64,000 nt of DNA. It comes from an uncultured Spirochaetota bacterium (GTDB lineage: Bacteria > Spirochaetota > Spirochaetia > SZUA-6 > Fen-1364). The notes beneath the pieces were generated by a model. That model worked only from the letters and a program-made list of their open reading frames with translations. It was not told the DNA's origin and ran no database searches. Shown in pieces: positions 33,116-44,219 of the stretch. A program made the position numbers and the translations under genes. Location: positions 278,752 through 342,751 of the forward strand of contig CAVUXE010000035.1 of the NCBI GenBank assembly GCA_963745235.1, read 5' to 3'. The stretch's first letter is position 1. Each line of letters starts with the position of its first letter.

Positions 33116-33837
33116 TTCCATGAAAGAATCACCCGGCAGCGCCGGGCAGAGGATGCGGCGGATCCTGGCCCTGGCCGGCTTCCCTATCCTCCTGGCCGTG
33201 ATCATTGTTCCCGTGATTGTGTTTCGCCACGAAGTATGGACCCTGTTCACATCGGTGAAGACGCTCGAGGCGTGGGTTCACGCCAGCGGCTCCCTTGCGC
33301 CAATGGTCTTCATCGGTGTCCAGGTCATCCACGTCATTGTCTTCGTTATCCCGGGCGAAGCCGTCCAGATCGCGGGAGGGTATCTTTTCGGGACCTGGCG
33401 GGGCACGCTGTATTCGACCATCGGCGTGCTGATTGGCTCCCCGATCGACTTCTATCTTGCCCGATCCCTCGGCGTCCCTTTTGTAAACGCGCTGTTCAGC
33501 GCCGAAAGGGTGGAGAGGCTGAAGGCGCCGCTCGGATCCCCGAGCTCGAAAATCGCCCTGTTCCTTCTTTTCCTGATCCCCGGGATCCCCAAGGACGCCC
33601 TCTGCTATGTTGCCGGCTTGTCGCCCCTGCGTTTCCGCTTCTTCATTCTTGCCTCCATGGCGGCGAGGCTTCCTGGTATCTTCGGCAGCTCACTCATTGG
33701 AAGCTCGGCAGCGGACAGGAAGTGGATACTGGCAGGCGCAGTCTTCGCTGGAGCGTCGCTTCTGTTTGCCGCCGGCTTTTTTCCTGCGCGGAAGAATCGA
33801 GCATTGGCTCCAGCATCGTCATACCAGGGATGGGTAG
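33108..33837 (+). CDS. TVP38/TMEM64 (DedA/VTT) membrane protein; extra T in a T6 run near 33780 hides the stop at 33837
   Basis: VIPGE...GGYLFG, LIPGIPKDALCYVAG; removing one T gives ...FFLRGRIEHWLQHRHTRDG*. Confidence 0.8.
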
Positions 33838-33995
33838 CGTTCTGTTCAGTCCGGCGTTTGCAAAATTCATTTCTTTGCGAGAAGATAGGATATGCAAGCG
33901 TCTGTTTCCCGCGAAAGGCGGCAGAGCCTTTCATTGCAGGGCAATTGCATGATCGTGGTGGAGAAACATTCCACGTCCGCTGGGAGGTATTTGAC

Positions 33996-34202
33996 ATGAC
34001 AGATCAACGCTCGGATAAAGAGAAGATCGGCGAGTTTCTTGTGAAAATAGGAGCCATGAAGCAGTGGCAGGTGGAGGACATCCTCAAGGTCCAGAAGTCG
34101 GGCGACCCTCGGATGTTCGGAGAGCTCGCCATCTCTCAGGGTTACATCGATGACGCGGCTCTCATGAAGTACGTCGAATCGAAATCGACGGGAGAAGCAT
34201 GA
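33996..34202 (+). CDS. Stand-alone MshEN-like microprotein (68 aa)
   Basis: Own SD GGAGGT; KIGEFLVKIGAMKQWQVEDILKVQ...RMFGELAISQGYI tandem motif. Confidence 0.65.
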   Translation: MTDQRSDKEKIGEFLVKIGAMKQWQVEDILKVQKSGDPRMFGELAISQGYIDDAALMKYVESKSTGEA

Positions 34203-35227
34203 CGGTCGGCATCACGTACGACCTGCGTTCCGAATGGCTCGCGCTTGGCTATTCTGAGCTGGAGACGGCGGAGCTCGACAGGGAAGAGACCGTTGAATCG
34301 GTCGAAGCGGCGCTCCGCGCGGATGGGTTTCTCACCGAGCGGATAGGAAACTTCCGCAGCCTGATCAGGGCGCTCTCCGCCGGCAGAAAATGGGACCTCG
34401 TGTTCAATTTCTGCGAGGGGATGCACGGGCTCGGCAGGGAAGCCCTGGTGCCCGCGCTTCTTGACGAGCACCGGATTCCGTACACCTTCTCGGATCCCGC
34501 GGTCCTGGCCGTCTGTCTGCACAAGGGTCTGGCAAAACGGGTGGTCCGCGACGCCGGAGTCCGCACGCCGGACTTCGCCATCGTGCAGACGCTGGCAGAC
34601 GTTGACCGCGTGACGCTGCCGTATCCCCTCTTTGCCAAGCCGGTTGCCGAAGGGACTGGCAAGGGCGTCACGCCGCGCTCCCGGATCGAAAGCTCCGCGG
34701 ACCTTCGCGAGGTGTGCCGCGCTCTGCTGAAGGAATATCGCCAGCCTGTCCTCGTGGAGGAATACCTGCCGGGCAGGGAGTTCACGACGGGAATCACGGG
34801 CACCGGTGCCGAGGCAGAGGCCGTGGGCACCATGGAGGTGATCATGCGGGACAGCGCGGAGCCTTTTGCCTACACCTATGTGAACAAGGAAGATTGCGAC
34901 CGGCGGGTCGTTTACGAGCTGTCCCGCGGCGAGGAAGCGCAGGCCTGCGCGGACATTTCCCTTGCCGCCTGGAGGGCGCTGGGGTGCCGGGACGCGGGCA
35001 GGGTCGACATCCGGATGGACGGCAAGGGAAGGGTGAGCTTCATGGAAGTGAACCCGCTCGCCGGGCTGCACCCGTTGCATTCCGACCTCCCCATCATCTG
35101 TTCCATGGTCGGCATCAGCTTCCCGCAGCTCGTCCACAGGATCATGGCGTCAGCCCTGGGGCGGCGCGAGAGCCCATCACCGGGTTCGCCTGGTCCGAGA
35201 CGAGCTTCCTGCGGACGCACGCGCTGA
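34199..35227 (+). CDS. D-Ala-D-Ala-ligase-like ATP-grasp enzyme
   Basis: LVFNFCEG, PYTFSD, FAKPVAEGTGKGV, EEYLPGREF, GRVDIR, EVNPLAGL. Confidence 0.85.
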   Translation: MTVGITYDLRSEWLALGYSELETAELDREETVESVEAALRADGFLTERIGNFRSLIRALSAGRKWDLVFNFCEGMHGLGREALVPALLDEHRIPYTFSDPAVLAVCLHKGLAKRVVRDAGVRTPDFAIVQTLADVDRVTLPYPLFAKPVAEGTGKGVTPRSRIESSADLREVCRALLKEYRQPVLVEEYLPGREFTTGITGTGAEAEAVGTMEVIMRDSAEPFAYTYVNKEDCDRRVVYELSRGEEAQACADISLAAWRALGCRDAGRVDIRMDGKGRVSFMEVNPLAGLHPLHSDLPIICSMVGISFPQLVHRIMASALGRRESPSPGSPGPRRASCGRTR

Positions 35228-36050
35228 ACTTGTCCAGCACCCACTCATAGCAGGGCGCGGGGAGCTTCTCCGGCCTGACGTCAGGCACATCGTTGTAGCT
35301 GTCAATCACTACCGCGGCGCGATCCTTCGTGATGCTCCATTCGACGGTGTTGAAATCAAGGCCCTGCGCCTCTGTCAGCGCCGCCGTTTTTTTCACCAGC
35401 TCATCGCTGACGTCCGCCAGGTCCCCCCTGCCCAGGAGCGAGTATTCCGCCATGTCGAACGGGCGAGGCGTCCAGCGGACAAGAAAAACGTCCCGGCTCT
35501 CGATGCAGAACGCCCGCACGTAATCCACGTGCTGGATGAGCTCCTGCACCATGAGAACCCGGGAGTCCGAGAGGGACTCGTACAGGCTCCGCAAGGCAAC
35601 CGGGGTTTCCGCTCGAAACACGTCCTGCCAGCCGTAGCCGTCCACCGGCTTGAGAATGCAGGGAAAGCCTACCCGCTCTTCCACTTCATTCCAGTCAGGC
35701 GGAGCGACGATTTCCCTCACATCCTCCGCGTGGTTGATTCGGGGAAGCACAACTGTCCGGGGGTGACGGATGCCGAGTGAATCGTACAGCAGGAGCTCCG
35801 TGAGCTTGTCAGTGGTGAGGGTGAAGAAGGGGTTGTTGATGACGTATGCGCCGCCGCGCGCCCAATAGCGCAGGACGGTGCGCAGGTAGGAGTCGCAGAA
35901 GCTCACCCTGTCTATGATAACCCGATACGGAGAAGGACGCGGGTGGATCAGCTCCCCGAAACGGATGAACTCGGTGTCCAGGTCCGACAACCGCTGGACT
36001 ACGCCGCGGATGAACGCGTTGTCCTTGAACTCGAGAATTCCGACCTTCAC
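35142..36050 (-). CDS. RimK/glutathione-synthase-like ATP-grasp protein
   Basis: VINNPF...DK, FPCILKPVDGYGWQDV, MVQELI, LDFNTVE; GTG start 36050. Confidence 0.75.
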   Translation of the reverse strand: MKVGILEFKDNAFIRGVVQRLSDLDTEFIRFGELIHPRPSPYRVIIDRVSFCDSYLRTVLRYWARGGAYVINNPFFTLTTDKLTELLLYDSLGIRHPRTVVLPRINHAEDVREIVAPPDWNEVEERVGFPCILKPVDGYGWQDVFRAETPVALRSLYESLSDSRVLMVQELIQHVDYVRAFCIESRDVFLVRWTPRPFDMAEYSLLGRGDLADVSDELVKKTAALTEAQGLDFNTVEWSITKDRAAVVIDSYNDVPDVRPEKLPAPCYEWVLDKFSACVRRKLVSDQANPVMGSRAAPGLTP

Positions 36051-36082
36051 CGCCGCTGCGGCTCCGGATGCGGCATCAGGGC

Positions 36083-36565
36083 TCAGAACCAGATGCGGAA
36101 ACCGATGGCTGGCTGCACCTGGAAGGTCAAGGGGGCCAAGCCGCCGCTGCTGATGGGTATCCAGGCCGGGGCGATCTCCAGGAAGATCTCCAGCACGCTT
36201 CCCACGGGCCATACCTGCAGCCCAATGGGAAGCCGCGCGCCAAGGTCGAACGAGGACTGGTTTCCCGCGGCGAGGGCCAGGTAACCGCCGATACCGACGT
36301 AGTAGTCGAGCATTCCCGACAAGCGGCTGTGCGCAAACCAGTAGTCCATCGTGAAGTCCAGCGCAAAGCCGCCGGATTCAGCAAGGCCGCCGATCCCGAA
36401 ATACAGGGGGACGCGCGGGATATGGAAGACGAACCTGCCGCCCCAATCGTTGAAGTTCTGCGACGCCGCCTCCGCTCCGATGGCGATATCCGCCCTGGCA
36501 AACGCGGCCGTGGACACGGACAACAGACCGACGGTTATGAAAGCCAGAATGACGCCCTTTTTCAT
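36083..36565 (-). CDS. DUF3996-like small outer-membrane beta-barrel protein
   Basis: Signal peptide; YVGIGGY, GARLPIGL, EIFLEIAP, C-terminal GFRIWF. Confidence 0.7.
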   Translation of the reverse strand: MKKGVILAFITVGLLSVSTAAFARADIAIGAEAASQNFNDWGGRFVFHIPRVPLYFGIGGLAESGGFALDFTMDYWFAHSRLSGMLDYYVGIGGYLALAAGNQSSFDLGARLPIGLQVWPVGSVLEIFLEIAPAWIPISSGGLAPLTFQVQPAIGFRIWF

Positions 36566-36633
36566 GCTCGCTCCCTTCGATCGCTTGCCAACAGTGTAGC
36601 AGCAGCATATCTTATTCTCCAGCCCGGTTCAAC

Positions 36634-36990
36634 GTGAACGGGCGCCTGGCCGATACTGGAATCAGGGAAGGATCGCCCGCACACATGAACTGGAGAGTGC
36701 GTATGCGAAGGGACGAGCTGCAGCTGAGGCGGATCGTCCAGAGCCTCGCGAAGATGCACGGGGATGACCCGGACGTCGCCGCGGCACGGGAGAAGGCCCT
36801 GCGCGCGCTGGCAGCCAGGCTCGCGGAGATGAAGGGCCTGGTGGAAGACTGTCTCAGCGGCCGCAACGGATACGAGCGATCCGTCATGGAGTATCGCGTC
36901 AGGGTGGAGTTTCCGTTCTATTCCCACCTCGGTTCTCTCTCCGGCTTCGACGAATATTTTTACACGTCTCGGATACAGTTCCAAGATTGA
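36634..36990 (+). CDS. Hypothetical protein
   Basis: Helical 100-118 aa ORF with genome-like codon use; start uncertain. Confidence 0.5.
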   Translation: MNGRLADTGIREGSPAHMNWRVRMRRDELQLRRIVQSLAKMHGDDPDVAAAREKALRALAARLAEMKGLVEDCLSGRNGYERSVMEYRVRVEFPFYSHLGSLSGFDEYFYTSRIQFQD

Positions 36991-37024
36991 CAGCTCATCG
37001 ACCCGGTAGTAGAACGGAATCGAA

Positions 37025-38800
37025 ATGAGCACAGCATCACGGCCTCGTTCCCTCTTGTCGGGAAACGAGGCAATCGCGCGGGGAGCCTGGGAGGCCGGCG
37101 TCACTGTTGCCACCGGATATCCGGGGACCCCTTCAACGGAGATCCTCGAGTTTGCCAGCCGCTACAAAGAGGACATCTACTGCGAATGGTCACCGAACGA
37201 GAAGGTAGCGCTGGAGGTGGCCGCGGGAGCCTCCCTCTCGGGGGCTCGCGTCATCGTGACAATGAAGCACGTGGGCCTGAACGTTGCGGCGGATCCCCTG
37301 ATGACCCTCTCGTATATCGGGACTGTCGGCGGCCTCGTGGTGTGCGTCGCGGACGACCCCGGCATGCACTCCTCGCAGAACGAGCAGGACACCCGGCACT
37401 ACGCACGCCTGGGGAAGATGCCAATCCTGGAGCCGGCAGATTCCGAACAGGCGCGGGACTTCATTCTGCTGGGCATGGAGATCTCGGAGAAGTACTCCAC
37501 CCCTGTGATCCTGCGCTCCACGACGCGGGTCAGCCACTCAAGCGGCGCCGTCTCCCTTGGTGAGAGGGTGGACCGGGCACCCCCGGGCGGGTTCGTGAAG
37601 GATCCGACGCGGTTCGTTCCCATTCCCCTGTACGGCAGGCCCATGCGCCAGAAGGTGGAGGAACGGCTTTCCGCCATGAAGGCAGAGGTCAACTCTTCAC
37701 GGGCGAACAGGATCGAATGGGGGGACCGCTCGCTGGGAATCATAGCGGAGGGAATCGCCTACCAGTACGTGAAGGAGCTTGCGCCGCAGGCGTCGGTGTT
37801 GAGGATCGGCTGGGTGTGGCCTTTCCCTGATGACCTCCTGCGGGAGTTTGCCGCGGGAGTGAGGAAGGTCCTGGTCGTGGAAGAGCTGGACCCGATTCTC
37901 GAGGAGCACGTGCGCTCTCTTGGCATTCCCTGCGAGGGGAAGGAAGTTGTCCCCGCCATTGGCGAGCTTTCCCCGGACAGGCTTGCGGGTGCCCTCGGAC
38001 GGCAAGGGGCACCGCGCGCGGTTCCCGGCGCGGAAGCCGCGGATGGCTTGCCGGCCCGGCCGCCCGTTCTCTGTCCCGCCTGCCCCCACAGGGGGATCTT
38101 CTACGCCCTCGGGAAGTTCGATGTCGTGGTGACCGGGGACATCGGTTGCTACTCCCTGGGAGTGTTCCCTCCGCTCAAGCGCATCGACACAATCCTCTGC
38201 ATGGGCGCCGGGATCTCCATGGCGCACGGGATGCAGAAGGCGGGAGAGAAGCGGAAGGTGGTGGGGATCGTCGGAGATTCCACCTTTTTCCATTCCGGCA
38301 TCACGGGACTTCTCGACATCGCTTACAACAAGGGCGCCTCCATAATCATCGTGGTGGACAACAGGACCACGGCAATGACCGGACACCAGGAGCACCCGGG
38401 AACAGGCCGGACGCTCCTCGGTGAACAGACCATCAGCGCCAGCATTGAAACCTTCGGCAGAGCATGCGGGATCAGGAACATTGCGACCGTTGATCCATAC
38501 GACATCAAGCCGACGGTTGAGACAATCCGCACGGCCGTGGAGTCGGATGAGCCCTGGCTCATCGTTGCAAGCTCCCCGTGTCCGTTGTCCACGAAGAAGA
38601 ACCCGGGGGAGCCGCGCAGGGTCAATCAGGATCTGTGCCGCAAGTGCAAGCTGTGCCTGCGCCTCGGCTGCCCTGCAATCGAGTGGGTGAATGATGAGAT
38701 CAGGGTGAACGAGCTTCTTTGCGGCGGCTGCGCCATGTGCGAGAAGACCTGCAAGGAAGGCGCGTTCCAGGTCGCCTCAGGAGCATGCCATGAGTCTTGA
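37025..38800 (+). CDS. iorA: Indolepyruvate:ferredoxin oxidoreductase alpha subunit
   Basis: GNEAIARG, YPGTPSTE, MKHVGLNVAAD, CPACPHR, GDIGCY, GDSTFFHSG, C-terminal 2x[4Fe-4S]. Confidence 0.95.
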   Translation: MSTASRPRSLLSGNEAIARGAWEAGVTVATGYPGTPSTEILEFASRYKEDIYCEWSPNEKVALEVAAGASLSGARVIVTMKHVGLNVAADPLMTLSYIGTVGGLVVCVADDPGMHSSQNEQDTRHYARLGKMPILEPADSEQARDFILLGMEISEKYSTPVILRSTTRVSHSSGAVSLGERVDRAPPGGFVKDPTRFVPIPLYGRPMRQKVEERLSAMKAEVNSSRANRIEWGDRSLGIIAEGIAYQYVKELAPQASVLRIGWVWPFPDDLLREFAAGVRKVLVVEELDPILEEHVRSLGIPCEGKEVVPAIGELSPDRLAGALGRQGAPRAVPGAEAADGLPARPPVLCPACPHRGIFYALGKFDVVVTGDIGCYSLGVFPPLKRIDTILCMGAGISMAHGMQKAGEKRKVVGIVGDSTFFHSGITGLLDIAYNKGASIIIVVDNRTTAMTGHQEHPGTGRTLLGEQTISASIETFGRACGIRNIATVDPYDIKPTVETIRTAVESDEPWLIVASSPCPLSTKKNPGEPRRVNQDLCRKCKLCLRLGCPAIEWVNDEIRVNELLCGGCAMCEKTCKEGAFQVASGACHES

Positions 38801-39389
38801 AAGCGCCGTCACCGGCATCGTCCTGGTCGGGGTTGGGGGACAGGGGATACTCCTTGCCACCCAGATTGCCGCGCGCGCGGCGCTGATTGCAGGCCATGAC
38901 GTCAAGACGAACGAGGTGCACGGAATGGCGCAGCGGGGCGGCTCGGTGGTTGCGCAGATCAGGTTTGGCGCCCGCGTCTACTCCCCGCTGGTTCCCGAGG
39001 GCAGCGCGAGCGTCCTGCTTTCTTTGGAGAGGATAGAGGCGCTTCGGTTCGCAGGCTACCTTGCCCCGGACGGGCTTGCCGTTGTCTCGAGCCAGGCGAT
39101 TGTCCCCGTGACGGTGTCTTCCGGCCAGGCCTCGTATCCCGCGGATGCTGAAGAGTTGCTGCGACGGCGCTTTCCCCGGCTGGTGTACGTGGATGCGGTT
39201 GCCGTGGGTGACAAGCTCTGCGATACCCGTGTAGCAAACGTGGTGCTTCTTGGCGCCATGTCCACGGCTCTCCCGCTCCCGACGGAAAGCTGGGGGGAGG
39301 CCATTTCTCAGTGCGTCAAGCCTCGTTTTGTGGACATCAATCGCACGGCGTTCGAAGAAGGCAGGAAGCTCGCCGTGGCTGCCGCATAG
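38790..39389 (+). CDS. iorB: Indolepyruvate:ferredoxin oxidoreductase beta subunit
   Basis: GVGGQGIL, EVHGMAQRGGSV. Confidence 0.93.
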   Translation: MSLESAVTGIVLVGVGGQGILLATQIAARAALIAGHDVKTNEVHGMAQRGGSVVAQIRFGARVYSPLVPEGSASVLLSLERIEALRFAGYLAPDGLAVVSSQAIVPVTVSSGQASYPADAEELLRRRFPRLVYVDAVAVGDKLCDTRVANVVLLGAMSTALPLPTESWGEAISQCVKPRFVDINRTAFEEGRKLAVAAA

Positions 39390-39398
39390 CCCAGCCCG

Positions 39399-39833
39399 CT
39401 AGTTCCTCTGATCCCAGCCTGCCAGCAGGGAGAGGAAACGGCTGAAGGCTTCCCGTGAGAATGCTTCTTCGGTGATCCGCACCACGCGGAAACGGGAGAG
39501 CCTGACCAGGGCAACGCGCCTCATGAACCTGCTCTTCATTTCCAGGCTTGCGATGTCCGCCCGGTTGATGACCTGAGGTTTCAGCTCCCACCCCCGAAAC
39601 AGGGTGATTGTGCGCTCGTCCAACTCTATGGACCGGATTCCCCTGTACAGCCAGAGTGCCACGTCACCGCCGAACGCCGCGGCAAGCGCCAGGATCACCA
39701 CAAGTGCGGCCAGGGGTGAGATGAGCGCACGGATCCGGGATGCAAGCAGGACTAGGAGCGCGGCGAAGAGGAAAGCGGCCACGTCGGTTGCCAGGAGATA
39801 GCGCAGGTGCGCCTGGAAGCTCATCTTTTCCAT
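39399..39833 (-). CDS. Hypothetical membrane protein (2 TM)
   Basis: MEKMSFQAH..., two hydrophobic helices then a small soluble domain. Confidence 0.6.
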   Translation of the reverse strand: MEKMSFQAHLRYLLATDVAAFLFAALLVLLASRIRALISPLAALVVILALAAAFGGDVALWLYRGIRSIELDERTITLFRGWELKPQVINRADIASLEMKSRFMRRVALVRLSRFRVVRITEEAFSREAFSRFLSLLAGWDQRN

Positions 39834-39903
39834 CCGCCGCCTGTTATACCGCAAACCATGCTCGTCTTGACAGAGCACCGCCCCGCCGCTACCGTGGCCC
39901 CCG

Positions 39904-41019
39904 GTGGGTCAAGCCGCACTACTCCTTGAGGACGGGACATACTTCGAAGGGCAATCCCTTGGCGCCCGCGGGGAGGCCTTCGGCGAGGTCGTTTTCAATA
40001 CTTCGATTACGGGCTACCAGGAAGTCCTCACTGACCCCTCGTACAGGGGCCAGATCGTCACAATGACGTACCCCCTGATCGGCAATTATGGAATCGTCCC
40101 CGGTGACGGGGAATCCAAAAAGGCATGGCTCTCCGGGTTAATTGTCCGGGAGGCCTGTGCCGTGCGATCCAACTGGCGCGGAACGATGGACATCCAGGAG
40201 TGGCTGGAGGACCAGGGCGTTGTCGGCATCCAGGGGATAGACACGCGGGCCCTGACCAGGCATCTGCGCATCAACGGGTCGAAGCACGGAGTCATCTCGA
40301 GTCAGGATCTCGACCGCGCCTCCCTTGCGCGCAAGCTGGAGCATGCGCCACGCATCGTGGGAAGGGACCTGGTGGCGGAAGTGAGCTGTGAGGCCCCGTA
40401 CGAATGGACCGAGCCGGCCTTCGGAGACGCGGCGCCCCGCCCGGCGGAGTTCCACGCTGTCGTGATTGACTGCGGCGTCAAGTACAACATCCTTCGCAGG
40501 CTGGTTTCCGCCGGTTGCCGCGTGACTGTCGTGCCCGCGTTCGCCGGCGTCGAAGACGTGCTCGGAATGCGGCCCGACGGTATCGTTCTTTCCAACGGGC
40601 CGGGAGACCCGGAGCCGGTCACCTACGTCGTCGAAACCGTTCGAAAGCTCATCGGCAGGAAGCCCATTTTCGGGATCTGCCTGGGGCAGCAGATCCTTGG
40701 GCTGGCCCTCGGGGGACGCACGTACAAGCTGAAGTTCGGTCATCATGGCGGCAACCACCCCGTCAAGGATACGAGCACCGGACGGATTGCCATTACCACG
40801 CAGAACCACGGGTTCAATGTCGATATGGATTCAATCGCCCATCCGGGGACGCGCCCAACGCACGTCAACCTGTACGATGGGACTACGGAGGGTCTTGAAA
40901 ACCAGGGGATGGAGTTCTTCAGCGTCCAATACCATCCCGAGGCGAGCCCGGGGCCGCACGATGCCGCCTACCTGTTCACCAGGTTCACGGACATGATGGG
41001 CGCGCACCGGGGGGCATGA
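39904..41019 (+). CDS. carA: Carbamoyl-phosphate synthase small subunit
   Basis: [37 protein letters not shown]. Confidence 0.97.
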   Translation: MGQAALLLEDGTYFEGQSLGARGEAFGEVVFNTSITGYQEVLTDPSYRGQIVTMTYPLIGNYGIVPGDGESKKAWLSGLIVREACAVRSNWRGTMDIQEWLEDQGVVGIQGIDTRALTRHLRINGSKHGVISSQDLDRASLARKLEHAPRIVGRDLVAEVSCEAPYEWTEPAFGDAAPRPAEFHAVVIDCGVKYNILRRLVSAGCRVTVVPAFAGVEDVLGMRPDGIVLSNGPGDPEPVTYVVETVRKLIGRKPIFGICLGQQILGLALGGRTYKLKFGHHGGNHPVKDTSTGRIAITTQNHGFNVDMDSIAHPGTRPTHVNLYDGTTEGLENQGMEFFSVQYHPEASPGPHDAAYLFTRFTDMMGAHRGA

Positions 41020-41023
41020 GGAG

Positions 41024-44000
41024 ATGCCCCGCCGAAACGACATCCACTCCGTCCTGATCATCGGGACCGGGCCGATCATCATCGGGCAGGCCTGCGAGTT
41101 CGACTACTCGGGAACGCAGGCCTGCAAGGCCCTCCGGGAGGAAGGGCTGCGGGTAGTCCTTGTGAACTCCAATCCGGCCACCATCATGACGGATCCCGAG
41201 ATGGCGGATGCCACCTATATAGAGCCCATCACCGTGCCCTTCCTTTCCAAGATCATCGAGGCGGAGAAGCCCGACGCCATCCTCCCTACCCTGGGAGGAC
41301 AGACCGGCTTGAATATCGCAATCCAGCTCGCGGAAAACGGGACGCTGGAACGTCACGGGGTCCGGATGATCGGCGCGGACAGGGAGGCTATCCGGAAAGC
41401 CGAGGACCGCAAGCTGTTCAAGCAGTCAATGGAGCGCGTGGGCCTGGAGGTGCCGAGGAGCGGCCTGGCTCATTCCCTTGCAGACGCGCGAGAGACGGCA
41501 AAGGAGATCGGCTTCCCCCTGATCATCAGGCCTTCCTTCACACTGGGAGGGACCGGCGGGGCCGTGGTTTGCGACCCCGGAGGCCTTCGATGAGATGGCG
41601 CTCCGCGGGCTGTCTGCAAGCATGATCTCTGAAGTCCTCATTGAGGAGTCCATAGCCGGCTGGAAGGAGTTCGAGCTGGAGGTGATGCGTGACAGCGCGG
41701 ACAACGTTGTCGTGATCTGCTCCATAGAGAACTTCGATCCCATGGGCGTGCACACGGGGGACTCCATAACCGTGGCCCCCGCGCAGACGCTCACGGACAG
41801 GGAGTACCAGAGGATGCGGGACGCCGCAATTGCCTGCATTCGGGAGATCGGCGTGGAGACGGGCGGATCCAACATCCAGTTTGCCGTGCACCCGGAAACG
41901 GGCCGGCTGGTGGTCATTGAGATGAACCCGCGAGTCTCCCGCTCCTCCGCGCTTGCATCAAAAGCAACGGGGTTTCCGATTGCAAAGATCGCCGCCAAGC
42001 TCGCCGTGGGCTACACCCTGGATGAAATCCCCAACGACATCACGAAGAGCACCCCCGCTTCCTTCGAGCCGACAATCGACTACTGCGTGGTGAAGATCCC
42101 GCGCTTCGCGTTCGAGAAGTTCCCGTCCGCTGACCCCACGCTCACCATCCAGATGAAATCAGTGGGGGAGGTGATGGCCATCGGCCGCACGTTCAAGGAG
42201 GCCCTTCAGAAAGGGATCCGGGGGCTGGAGATCCGGCGCGCGGGGCTGGGCGGCGTCAACGGCGTCTCCGACGAGGGCCTGGAGGAAGGGCTGGCGCGGC
42301 CCACCGCGGACCGTCTCTACCAGATCCATGAGGCATTCTGCAGGGGATGGGCCGTGGACAGGGTCCACCGGGCAACCCGCGTGGACCCGTGGTTCCTGCG
42401 CAACATGAAGGAGATCGCGGACTTCGAGCCGACCATCACGGAGAAGAACCTGCGGGACGCGAAGCGCCTCGGGTTCAGCGACCAGCAGATTGCGGCGCGG
42501 CTCGGGAAAGACGAGCATGCCGTTCGAGAGCTTCGCGCCTCCAGCGGGATCCTGCCCGCCTACAAGCTCGTGGACACGTGCGCGGCTGAGTTCGAGGCGC
42601 ACACTCCCTACTATTATTCCACCTACGACGCGGAGGACGAGGCTCGACCGTCCCAGCGGAAAAAGATCATGATCCTCGGCGGCGGGCCGAACAGGATCGG
42701 GCAGGGGATCGAGTTCGACTACTGCTGCGTGCACGCCGCGTTCGCCCTGCGGGAGATCGGCTACGAGACGATCATGGTGAACTCCAATCCGGAGACCGTC
42801 TCCACGGACTATGACACCTCCGACAAGCTTTACTTCGAGCCCCTGACCCGGGAAGACGTGCTGAACATCGTTGACCGGGAAAAGCCGCACGGCGTGATCG
42901 TGCAGCTCGGGGGACAGACCCCGCTCACGCTTGCCGTCGGGCTCGAGCAGGCGGGGGTTCCCATCATCGGGACCAGCCCGGACTCGATTGACCGGGCGGA
43001 GGACAGGAAGAGGTTCTCCGATCTGGTGAGGACCCTGGGTCTCCGCCAGCCGGAGAACGGCAGCGCGGTGGAGGTGGCTGATGCGCTTCGCATCGCGCAT
43101 GGCATCGGGTATCCGGTCCTGGTGCGCCCCAGCTACGTGCTGGGCGGCCGCGCCATGGAGATCGTGTATGATGACTCCAGCCTGGAGCACTACATGCGCC
43201 GGGCCGTCTGGGCGTCCCCCGAGAGGCCTGTCCTGATAGACAGGTTCATCGAGGACGCCATCGAGGTGGACGTGGACATGGTGAGCGACGGCCGCATCTC
43301 GGTGATCGGCGGGATCCTGGAGCACATCGAGGAGGCCGGGGTGCACTCCGGGGATGCCGCCATGGTGCTTCCCCCGCACACCCTGCCGCACTGGATGATA
43401 GAGGAGATACGCAGATACACGCGGGTCCTTGCGAAGGAGCTCCGTGTCGTGGGGCTGATGAACGTCCAGTACGCGGTCAAGGGCAAGGAGCTTTACATCA
43501 TCGAGGTGAACCCGCGCGCCTCGCGGACGGTGCCGTTCGTATCCAAGGCCATCGGGGTTCCCCTTGCCAAGCTTGCGGCCAAGGTGATGGTGGGTATGAG
43601 CCTTTCTGATCTCGGCTTCACGGAGGAGGTCATTCCCGACCACATCTGTGTCAAGGAATCCGTGCTGCCCTTCGCCAAGTTTCCGGGGGTGGACATCATC
43701 CTGGGGCCCGAGATGAAATCCACGGGTGAGGTCATGGGAATCGACACGGATTTCGGCAGGGCGTACTGCAAGAGCCAGCTCGGCGCCATGCAGAACGTCC
43801 CGGTGGGCGGCACGGTGTTCATCAGCGTGAAGGACAAGGACAAGACGCAGCTTGTCGTCTCCGTTGCGCACCAGCTCAAGGTCCTCGGATTCACCATCGT
43901 TTCCACAAGCGGGACCGCAAGGTTTCTGGAGGCAAACGGAATAGAAACGGGGGTGGTCCGCAGGGTGAGTGAAGGCGCGCCGAACCTCCTGGACATGATC

Positions 44001-44219
44001 AACGGCGGAAAGATCCAGCTCATCATCAACTCTCCGTCAGGGAAGGGTCCCCGGCAGGACGAGGTATCCATCCGCGCGCTGGCGAACGCCCGCGGCGTTC
44101 CCGTTGTCACCACCATGCCGGGAGCGGACGCATACGCGCAGGGGATCCGGGCCTTCATCCGGGGAGAGCTGGGCGTCAAGCCAATCCAGCGCTACCATGC
44201 CGGCTCGCTTCTTCGGTGA
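41024..44219 (+). CDS. carB: Carbamoyl-phosphate synthase large subunit; frameshift near 41577
   Basis: [44 protein letters not shown] domain. Confidence 0.95.

Noticed and set aside
33880-33985. c-di-GMP-I riboswitch before the MshEN-like gene
   Set aside because: A GAAA hairpin is present but the GCAAA-P2-GACGCAAA pattern is missing
33108-34202. VTT-MshEN fusion (364 aa)
   Set aside because: One extra T in a T6 run; the downstream part has its own SD and ATG
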